IMG/VR virus record: IMGVR_UViG_2029527005_000001
Coordinates: 70,183 to 94,605 of that record
Strand: one strand, 5' to 3'
DNA from: a virus
Length of the DNA stretch: 24,423 nt
Part shown: piece after piece, positions 17,829 to 24,423 of the stretch
How the letters are laid out: each line of letters opens with the position of its first letter
Position numbering within the stretch: the first letter of the stretch is position 1
Position numbers and translations under genes: made by a program
The notes under the pieces: model-generated
The model's input: only the letters and a program-made list of their open reading frames with translations
Database searches by the model: none
Told to the model about the DNA's origin: nothing

Positions 17829-19595
17829 ATGGCAGAGAAAGTTAAATCACCCATCGTGGGGCGTGTATGTAAACACGTTCACCAGGGTTTCAGTAAAGCC
17901 GAGCGCTTCGACGACCTAACCGCAATTAAAATAACCAACGTACACGCGGACGGTAGTCGCAGTGAAGATTACTCGCTAATTAAGAATTTCCAACAGCCGT
18001 TCTGGATTGTTAAACCAGAGCACCGTAAGTTTAAACAGCAAAAAGATTACATCGAAGCCAAGAAGTGTAAGCAGTTCAAAAGTAATACCGCCAAGCTCGC
18101 TTACATGATCACCAAAGTTCTGCACGGTTCTCCGGATCCTAAAGCTAACCTGCGTCAGGTATTAACCAACCCCTATGTGTTTGGTTGTGACCAGTCAGCA
18201 CCGGTGTTTATCAAGCAGCGTTTCTTTGATAAGTATGAAGAGTACCAGCAAACCGAGCGTTACAGCGTAGCCGCATACGACGTTGAAACCGACATGGAGA
18301 AGAAAGGCGAGCCAGTAATGATGGCCTCGGTTACCATGCGTGACAAGGTCTACTTTGCAACGGTGCGTTCATGGTGGAACGGGTTAACTGATGAAGAGAT
18401 CTTAACCGGCTTAGCTGAGGAAGAAGAGAAGCGATTCAAAGAAGAAAAGATGGCTCGTAAGATCACGGTGTTTGAGTACGGTATCTTCGACACACCGGGT
18501 CAAGTCATTGAGAACTGCATTAAGCGTTTCCATGAATGGAGTCCTGACTTAGTGGCTTCGTGGAACGCCACGTACGATATGGAGAAAAACGAACAGGGCT
18601 TAAACGCAGATGGTCGTCCTCTGGAACGTATCTACTGTGACCCAAGCATTCCTGATGAGTTTACGCACTATCGTCTGGATCGTGGTCGCACGCACAAGAT
18701 CAAGGAGAATGGTGACAAGACACCGTTAGAGCCGCAAGAGAAGTTCCCAACGATTCGCTCAATGGCGAAATGGCAGTGGCTTGACTTCATGAGCTTCTAT
18801 GCCATTAAACGCGCACCAGGCGGTAAGCTGGACTCTTATGGTTTGAACGAATGTGCCAAGCGTGAAGGGGTTGACGGTAAACTTTATACCGATGAGGGCA
18901 GTCACCTTATCGAGGGTAAAGCTGACTGGCACCGTTACATGCAGAAGAACCACAAGTTTATCTATGCGATGTACAACATCAAGGATAACTGGGTTATTGA
19001 AGATCTGAATGACAAGACGCTGGATCTGTCTATGTCGTTCCCGCTGTTGACCAAAGCCTCGGAGTACTTTAACTATCCGAGTCAACCACGTATCATCTCC
19101 GATGCACTGGCGTACATTGCGCGTGACAACGGTTATGTGTGGGGTTGTGCGGGTGGTGGCAAGAACGAGTTCAATGACATGTTGCCGACATTGGGTGACT
19201 GGATTGCCTTGTTGGAAACCGAGAAGAACGCCAGTAAAGGTTATATTCTGTTTGATGGTCTGTACGACGTTTACAGTAATGGTCGTTCTGCGGTATCGGA
19301 CGTCGACGTAGCAGGGGCATATCCGTATGCAACGGTAACAGAGAACGTATCGAACTACACCACACAGATTGAAGTCTGTCGTATCCAGGGCAAGGATCCG
19401 TTGAAGCAGCGTGAGATTGCGGTGAACTATGCCAGCAGTCCAGAAGCGAATGCGGTGATGTTGTGTGAAGAGCTCTTTAACTTCCCGAGCTACGATACCG
19501 TGGTTGAGAAGTTTGAAGAAATCTTAGTGAAGCAGGAACTGATGCCGAAGTTCATGAAATCACTGGAAGAAGAAGACATGGAAATCGGAGAATAA
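17829..19595 (+). CDS. Split family-B DNA polymerase subunit: DEDD 3'-5' exonuclease plus polymerase motif A (phiKZ gp82-like), 588 aa
   Basis: ExoI AAYDVETD, ExoII SWNATYD, ExoIII YNIKD, and motif-A-like DVDVAGAYP. No KxxxNxxYG or YGDTD motif. GAGG RBS. Confidence 0.85.
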   Translation: MAEKVKSPIVGRVCKHVHQGFSKAERFDDLTAIKITNVHADGSRSEDYSLIKNFQQPFWIVKPEHRKFKQQKDYIEAKKCKQFKSNTAKLAYMITKVLHGSPDPKANLRQVLTNPYVFGCDQSAPVFIKQRFFDKYEEYQQTERYSVAAYDVETDMEKKGEPVMMASVTMRDKVYFATVRSWWNGLTDEEILTGLAEEEEKRFKEEKMARKITVFEYGIFDTPGQVIENCIKRFHEWSPDLVASWNATYDMEKNEQGLNADGRPLERIYCDPSIPDEFTHYRLDRGRTHKIKENGDKTPLEPQEKFPTIRSMAKWQWLDFMSFYAIKRAPGGKLDSYGLNECAKREGVDGKLYTDEGSHLIEGKADWHRYMQKNHKFIYAMYNIKDNWVIEDLNDKTLDLSMSFPLLTKASEYFNYPSQPRIISDALAYIARDNGYVWGCAGGGKNEFNDMLPTLGDWIALLETEKNASKGYILFDGLYDVYSNGRSAVSDVDVAGAYPYATVTENVSNYTTQIEVCRIQGKDPLKQREIAVNYASSPEANAVMLCEELFNFPSYDTVVEKFEEILVKQELMPKFMKSLEEEDMEIGE

Positions 19596-19607
19596 AAGAA
19601 AGCATTA

Positions 19608-19637
19608 CCTACCTCTACCCGCAGGGGTAGAGGTAGG
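19608..19637. terminator. Bidirectional terminator between convergent genes
   Basis: CCTACCTCTACCC-GCAG-GGGTAGAGGTAGG, a 13-bp stem between the stops at 19595 (+) and 19653 (-). Confidence 0.85.
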
Positions 19638-19652
19638 GTTTATGCACGTTAC

Positions 19653-20219
19653 TTATTGGATAGCGTAGTTGGCCATTTTGCGGACAAACATTTCCAGGTT
19701 GTCTTTGGCTTCAGCACGCATACCGGCGATCATGCTCTGAATATCCGTTGCGCGCGCCAGCTTGACGCGAGTCGGCCAGCAGCGAGCAATCTTGATACAG
19801 AAGCTCATGAGCATACGGTACTGTCCCAGCGCAGCGTGGGAATAGGAGAGCTCACAGTTCTCCAGATAGCGGAAGAAACGTCCATCAGCAGTGGCTGTGG
19901 GTTCGTTACGCATCTTCTGAATCAGGTACAGCATGCAGTCTTCAAACTCCGGATAAGAGTAGGACAGCATGGTACCCGTGCGCTGCATAAAGGCGATGTT
20001 GTCTTTGATGCGCTCTGCGTCGTTCTTGTAGCCACGCTCGCCGGCCAGGTAGCGGAAGTATTTATCCACTTCACCACGCCAGAAAGATTCGTTGCTGGTT
20101 TTATCTACATCTTGCGCAATGGCTTTGATTACCACAGGCGTCTGGACGGGCTCGACTTCAGGAGTCTGTGCCTGAGCCAACTCCTCGATAACCGGCGCGT
20201 TATAGGTATCGCTCTTCAT
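19653..20219 (-). CDS. Conserved hypothetical protein, phiKZ gp81-like by position, about 188 aa
   Basis: Start re-called at ATG 20219 (MKSDTY; GAGG upstream). Pro/Glu-rich N-terminus then a helical domain (GRFFRY). Convergent with the polymerase subunit. Confidence 0.7.
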   Translation of the reverse strand: MKSDTYNAPVIEELAQAQTPEVEPVQTPVVIKAIAQDVDKTSNESFWRGEVDKYFRYLAGERGYKNDAERIKDNIAFMQRTGTMLSYSYPEFEDCMLYLIQKMRNEPTATADGRFFRYLENCELSYSHAALGQYRMLMSFCIKIARCWPTRVKLARATDIQSMIAGMRAEAKDNLEMFVRKMANYAIQ

Positions 20220-20247
20220 ATAAACCTCATTAGGGGGGAAAACGTGA

Positions 20248-20256
20248 CATAAAATC
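20248..20256 (-). promoter_or_regulatory. Candidate late promoter GATTTTATG
   Basis: Overlaps the base and U-tract of the upstream hairpin; 29 nt upstream of ATG 20219. Exact repeat of the motif at 1789 and 7582. Confidence 0.55.
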
Positions 20257-20280
20257 AATGAGGGCCGAAGCCCTCACTGA
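20255..20280 (-). terminator. Intrinsic terminator with cUUCGg tetraloop
   Basis: Minus strand UCAGUGAGGGC-UUCG-GCCCUCAUUGA followed by UUUU; contains the stop of the 138-aa ORF. Confidence 0.8.
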
Positions 20281-20690
20281 TTGGTGTTTTGTTCGTGGAT
20301 ATCGTTGAAACCTTGGGCGGCTTTTTGCTTGCTGAGTTCTTCCTGACGGTTGTGTTCTTCCGCGGCGGCTTTTTCCAACTCAACGCGCTCCTCTTCTCCC
20401 ATCATCATTCCCTCTAATAACTGCTCAGAGTGACCGTGTGGGAGTTTGAGGTAAAGCTCCAAAGGCATGTGGTCTTTGATTTTCTTAACCGCAAAACCAC
20501 GACCTATCGAGCGGATAGACAAGTCGTGGTCATACACATGCTCTTCGGGAGAATAGGCAATCGACTGAAACGCAGTGGGTTTCTCCAGATCGATATATCC
20601 CATACGGACTTGGTACATCAACCGCATGTTAAGGATCATCTTATCTCGAGAAACGTGGCGGGTGTCTTTCCCCACCAAACCACGTATCAT
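20274..20690 (-). CDS. Chaperone partner ORF (gpT-like), probably expressed as the -1 frameshift extension of 20711-22438
   Basis: The frame is open from 20834, 48 codons before its first ATG. No convincing RBS. MPLELYLKLP followed by a charged helix resembles the C-terminal extensions of tail chaperone fusions. Confidence 0.7.
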   Translation of the reverse strand: MIRGLVGKDTRHVSRDKMILNMRLMYQVRMGYIDLEKPTAFQSIAYSPEEHVYDHDLSIRSIGRGFAVKKIKDHMPLELYLKLPHGHSEQLLEGMMMGEEERVELEKAAAEEHNRQEELSKQKAAQGFNDIHEQNTNQ

Positions 20691-20710
20691 TGCTCGGTAC
20701 TGATCAGTCT

Positions 20711-22438
20711 CTATTGAGAAAGTGCCGAGAGGGCTTCTTGCCTTGCATTCTCGCCAACCTTCGACCGTCCAGTATACGTCAGGTTGGCCAGGGTAAAAAA
20801 CGCCGACATGATGTTGATAGGCGTATAACCCAGGTCATCGTACGCATCCGAATGACTACCACATTTCTCACACGCGTAGTTCGCCAGACCCACAAACGTT
20901 TTGGACATGAACGGATAGTGCTTGATCACGGCCTGTACCAGGTTGGTCGCCATCACGTCGTTATCCATGATGATGTCCATAATACCCTGGTTAAACTGCG
21001 TAGGGTCTTGTTCACGACGACGAATGATCACCGGCTGACCATCGGTGTTTGCCGGCGGCATGATGCGGTATTCAGCCACATAGTGCAGGTAGTCCGTCCC
21101 CACCAGACCGTTCAGGAACTCTTCGCGTTTACCGAAATACTCTTCTTCGGTCATCGCCTGTTCACGGATCTTGTTCAGCTCTTTCTGCACCACATCACTG
21201 AAGAAGGCTTCTGCTTCAAAGCTTTCTGTCAGCGACGGTACGCCAAGGATGAAGCAAGCGCTACGGTTTTCGTTCCACACCGGTTCGATCTCGTGCTTGA
21301 AGTCCGCCTTGTCAATGAACTCCAGCGACTCTTCGCGAGAATACTTGCGAGAGAAGTTCATCATGTTGGCGTAAGCCGCAGACTCTTCCGGTGTATCCAG
21401 CCATTTACGGTCAATCACCAACAGGGTTGGGTCAATGACGTCCTGACGGGTCCAGTCGCAGCTTTCTGAACCCAGGCAGCGCAGGTTGAAGTTAACCCCG
21501 TGCGGGTAGAACAGTTCCAGCAGCGAACACGCCATGGTGTTGATGTCCGTGATGCGAATCACGTCTGCCAGCTCGTCGAAGTCAGAAGTGTCTTTGACGC
21601 TGCACATAATGATTTTGTCACGGATGAACTGCCACACCACACGAATGGCGGCGATGTTGGCCAGCGCAGGCAGGTTCTGGGAAACCGTACGCACGTGGCC
21701 ACGCACTGAACGTGCAATTTTGTCAATCAGCTCACCAGCTTCCAGACGACCAGGCTTGGCATAGCGGAACGCCATGTAGGAGTTGCGCAGCAGCAGATCG
21801 TAGTTGTACGGGTCATTACTGACGCTCAGCGAAGTACGGCGCATGTATTCACTGAGTTTAAAAGTACCACGATCACGACTCGGCACCAGACCGTTGATGT
21901 CACCGGTGGCGATATCAGTGGTGCGTTGCATCTGGTTGGTCAGACCCGGCTCGCGCACAACCGGATAGTGCAGCAGCAGAGGATCACCCAGATTGGTAAT
22001 AAAGGAATAGATGGTCATCTGACGCGCGTCGGCTTCTTTGAGATCGATGTCCGGCATGCGTTCTGCAACGTACTCTTCCCAGGCGGCGATCTGCGCCTGA
22101 ATCTGACTGCGAGTAATGCCTTCTTTCTGCAACTGCTTGTCATTCATCTGAGCCATCTGCTTGGCGGCGGTGTAATTCTGCCACAGCTCTTGCTCATTAC
22201 CCACACGTTCGTAGGATTCTTTGTTCAGACCGATAAAACCATTGACCCAGGTCTGGTTAGGATCGTTCATGTCGAACTGACCTTGAGCCTGCGACTTCGG
22301 CTTCAGGATTTCATGCGCCAGCGTGGTATCCGCAGTTTGCACGTCTTGCGGCGTTACCGGCTTTTTCGGTGCAGGCGCGGGTGTGTTCTGGTGCTCGGCT
22401 GCAGCAGCTGCCATGCGCTCTTCCAGGTTGTCAGACAT
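20711..22438 (-). CDS. Putative tail-assembly / baseplate-hub chaperone-like protein with Cys motifs, 575 aa
   Basis: TAATG-coupled, GAGG RBS. Contains C-x5-C (RCLGSESC), CxxC (CEKCG) and C-terminal PINIMSAFF, a layout like T4 gp26/gp51-type and myophage tail chaperones. Function is inference. Confidence 0.6.
   Translation of the reverse strand: MSDNLEERMAAAAAEHQNTPAPAPKKPVTPQDVQTADTTLAHEILKPKSQAQGQFDMNDPNQTWVNGFIGLNKESYERVGNEQELWQNYTAAKQMAQMNDKQLQKEGITRSQIQAQIAAWEEYVAERMPDIDLKEADARQMTIYSFITNLGDPLLLHYPVVREPGLTNQMQRTTDIATGDINGLVPSRDRGTFKLSEYMRRTSLSVSNDPYNYDLLLRNSYMAFRYAKPGRLEAGELIDKIARSVRGHVRTVSQNLPALANIAAIRVVWQFIRDKIIMCSVKDTSDFDELADVIRITDINTMACSLLELFYPHGVNFNLRCLGSESCDWTRQDVIDPTLLVIDRKWLDTPEESAAYANMMNFSRKYSREESLEFIDKADFKHEIEPVWNENRSACFILGVPSLTESFEAEAFFSDVVQKELNKIREQAMTEEEYFGKREEFLNGLVGTDYLHYVAEYRIMPPANTDGQPVIIRRREQDPTQFNQGIMDIIMDNDVMATNLVQAVIKHYPFMSKTFVGLANYACEKCGSHSDAYDDLGYTPINIMSAFFTLANLTYTGRSKVGENARQEALSALSQ
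20753..20801 (-). promoter_or_regulatory. Candidate -1 programmed ribosomal frameshift signal
   Basis: GCG UUU UUU (U6 at 20795-20800), spacer ACCCUG (6 nt), then stem GCCAACCU/AGGUUGGC (20788-20781 pairs with 20760-20753) with an inner GAC-GU/AC-G-GUC extension. The -1 frame is open into the downstream ORF. Confidence 0.65.
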
Positions 22439-23142
22439 TATGCTTCCTCTTTATCGTTCAGTACAGCGTGCGCTTCAGCAGCTTCGTCACCCAGTACTTC
22501 TTCTGCGTCGACGTTAGCCGGCGTAGCGTACTTAGGCGTGATGCGCGCCAGGCGAGTAAGGGCAACGTTGAACATTACCTTGCGGTAGTTCTGTTGCGGA
22601 TAGTGTTCTTTCTGGTAGGTGTTTACCAGTTCGGTGAACGGTGTGGCTTCTGCCATGATTTTCGGACAGATTTCAGTGATCAGACGTTCAGAGCGGAAGC
22701 CGGTATCCATCAACAGTTCCGGCGGCAGCCCCAGCAGGTTGTTTTCGCCTTGCAGCACAATGCTGATGGTTTGGGCGTTTTCGTTGAACTTCACCACGTC
22801 TTCATCAAACTGGTCGATGGTAGCGCGCAGCTCTTCGGAGATCACCAACTTGCCTTCGCGCTCCAGGATCTCCATGGTTTCAACCACAGACCCAACACCG
22901 GCGTCAACTTCGATGGTGTGATTAATCATTTTCATGACTTCATCAATCGAGAGTTCACGACCATTAATCACCTGTCCGCGCGCCAGCAGACCAGCTACGG
23001 CGCCATTGGTATAGCGTTCAAGACGTTCGCGACGAATACGTGCCTGAGCTGTTTCGGTTTTCGGTGCGCTTTTCTTGGCGGCACGTTCGCTACGTTTCTT
23101 TAAGTGCTTGGCCTGCATTTTGCTGCTTAATTTCTTGGTCAT
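22438..23142 (-). CDS. Hypothetical protein, about 234 aa, with a very basic N-terminus and acidic remainder
   Basis: Start re-called at ATG 23142 (MTKKLSSK; AAGAGAG upstream). The ORF-track start 23199 overlaps the divergent gene. Confidence 0.75.
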   Translation of the reverse strand: MTKKLSSKMQAKHLKKRSERAAKKSAPKTETAQARIRRERLERYTNGAVAGLLARGQVINGRELSIDEVMKMINHTIEVDAGVGSVVETMEILEREGKLVISEELRATIDQFDEDVVKFNENAQTISIVLQGENNLLGLPPELLMDTGFRSERLITEICPKIMAEATPFTELVNTYQKEHYPQQNYRKVMFNVALTRLARITPKYATPANVDAEEVLGDEAAEAHAVLNDKEEA

Positions 23143-23176
23143 GTTATGACTCTCTTTAAATAAAAAGGTTAACTGT

Positions 23177-24085
23177 ATGACAGTGGTGAACAATACCATT
23201 CTGGTAAACAGAGAATTGGTAATCGATCATTGCGGTAACGTTTGGAACGAGTTCATGGAAACTATTCCCGAACCGCACGTTGAACTCTTTGAAGAAGGAC
23301 TCGCGATTATCTTTCGCGCGTTTCCTGAATCTCTGGTTAGTACGCAAATCGTTGAGCTTGTGGTAGATGAGCAGCTCGATGCCGGCATGCGCAGTATGGC
23401 CTTACGTAAAATTATTTACGACAACATAAGGGACATCATCAATAAGATGGGCGTCACGCTAAATAATGATTATTTAGAACTTGACCATCTCAAGCTGCTG
23501 TGTGAAATTGCGGACTTCTTTTTTGTGGCGCCTTTAATCGAAGACAGCCTCTCAACCATCTATCCTCAGCTGCAGGCCACGGACTCTCACCCCAAGTATC
23601 GCTTTATCAATGCGTTTACCAAAGCCATGCGTGATGAAGAAGAACCTGACATCTCTGAACTGGAATGCGTGATTGACGACGTATCAGAAGTGACGCTGAA
23701 TGCGATCTCTGATTCACTCACCGGACAGGATAACCAGGATGTTCCGCCAGACGCCATTATCAAGCGTGTAGTAGGTGCTAAGGCACTACTGGATGGTTCA
23801 CTGGGCTATCAGCACGTGCGCAACGGCGGTGGCTTAGGTTCGCCTGTAGAGACGTACCTGAACTTCTTTGCACCAGAACTCAACAAGCTGCTTAACCAGG
23901 ATACGCTGGACAGCTTCCTGGAATACGGCCGTGATGTTATTTCGCTGCACCTTATCAGTGAGATCAACGATGACCGTATTAAGGAAACGTTGCTGCGTTA
24001 CTTCGAGGGACGTGTTGATGACCTCACCGCACAGATCCGCATCGAGTCCATGGTCAAAGCCCTTAACTTACCCAACGGGAGCTAA
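23177..24085 (+). CDS. Putative virion protein, phiKZ gp79-like, 302 aa
   Basis: AAAGG RBS; acidic helical protein immediately upstream of the RNAP-subunit-like gene. Assignment by synteny. Confidence 0.6.
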   Translation: MTVVNNTILVNRELVIDHCGNVWNEFMETIPEPHVELFEEGLAIIFRAFPESLVSTQIVELVVDEQLDAGMRSMALRKIIYDNIRDIINKMGVTLNNDYLELDHLKLLCEIADFFFVAPLIEDSLSTIYPQLQATDSHPKYRFINAFTKAMRDEEEPDISELECVIDDVSEVTLNAISDSLTGQDNQDVPPDAIIKRVVGAKALLDGSLGYQHVRNGGGLGSPVETYLNFFAPELNKLLNQDTLDSFLEYGRDVISLHLISEINDDRIKETLLRYFEGRVDDLTAQIRIESMVKALNLPNGS

Positions 24086-24087
24086 GC

Positions 24088-24423
24088 GTGAATAAGTTTG
24101 ATTTCTTACGGGAAGCCTTTGCTCATCGTGCTTACAAGCGCAAAGAGTGGTTGCTTTCTGTTTGTACTATTGGCTTTGAAGACGAAGAGTCGAAAGCCAT
24201 TCTCTCTCCACACCCCTATGCGGTATGGATTGAGGGCAACAGCTTTAAGTTCCACGATCATGAAGGTAACGTTCAAACGTTGGAAGGCGATGTGTTGGAA
24301 CCGGTGTTTAACATGGCCGACACCATTGACCTCACTGCTGACTTCCATCCTGTGTTACAGGGGCAGGCGGTGAAAAGTACGTTTGGCATCTTCCTGTTTA
24401 ACGTGGTGATGTTCTATGAAGCT
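24088..24423 (+). CDS. Partial CDS (runs off the right edge), probable virion RNA polymerase beta' middle subunit (phiKZ gp80-like)
   Basis: Missing from the ORF track. GTG 24088 with GGGAG RBS is open for 112 codons: MNKFDFLREAFAHRAYKRKEWLLSV...VKSTFGIFLFNVVMFYEA. This resembles my recollection of gp80-family N-termini, and the position fits. No catalytic motif is within the window. Confidence 0.6.
   Translation, partial: MNKFDFLREAFAHRAYKRKEWLLSVCTIGFEDEESKAILSPHPYAVWIEGNSFKFHDHEGNVQTLEGDVLEPVFNMADTIDLTADFHPVLQGQAVKSTFGIFLFNVVMFYEA

Noticed and set aside
20690-23103. Several 200-260-aa plus-strand ORFs, and similar ones at 5820, 7782, 13808 and 19656
   Set aside because: All lie fully antisense to well-supported genes and have shadow-like composition.
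24098-24373. 91-aa (+) and 80-aa (-) ORFs at the right edge
   Set aside because: Out-of-frame or antisense to the partial CDS starting at 24088.
1-24423. CRISPR arrays, tRNA/rRNA genes, IS elements, introns/inteins, alternative genetic code
   Set aside because: No repeat-spacer pattern, RNA gene, transposase or homing-endonuclease motif was seen. Genes tile densely under the standard code using TAA, TGA and TAG stops.

Overview
The window looks like part of a phiKZ-like jumbo phage (chimallivirus-type) genome of roughly 50% GC, covering the conserved head-protein, baseplate and replication block. This assignment rests on motifs and on gene order recalled from phiKZ gp79-gp97; no database search was run. 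From right to left the genes are: a partial virion RNAP beta'-middle subunit and a gp79-like gene (+); a basic protein, a 575-aa Cys-motif protein resembling tail-assembly/baseplate-hub chaperones, its 138-aa downstream partner and a gp81-like gene (-); the exonuclease/motif-A half of a split family-B DNA polymerase (+); a membrane-anchored HExxH zincin and two more head proteins (-); two probable baseplate genes (+); and a long minus-strand run of inner-head/ejection proteins. The strongest new signal is a candidate -1 programmed ribosomal frameshift at 20795-20801. It has a G_UUU_UUU slippery run, a 6-nt spacer, an 8-bp perfect stem and an open -1 frame with no start codon, and it would fuse the 575-aa protein to the 138-aa ORF (721 aa), like lambda G/GT. 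Other observations: a second possible -1 site (A_AAA_AAG) leading into a hidden 28-codon ORF; a shared G-x-E protease motif, often followed by an amphipathic helix, in about nine putative head proteins; a recurring (G)ATTTTATG candidate late promoter; and long hairpins with weak U-tracts.
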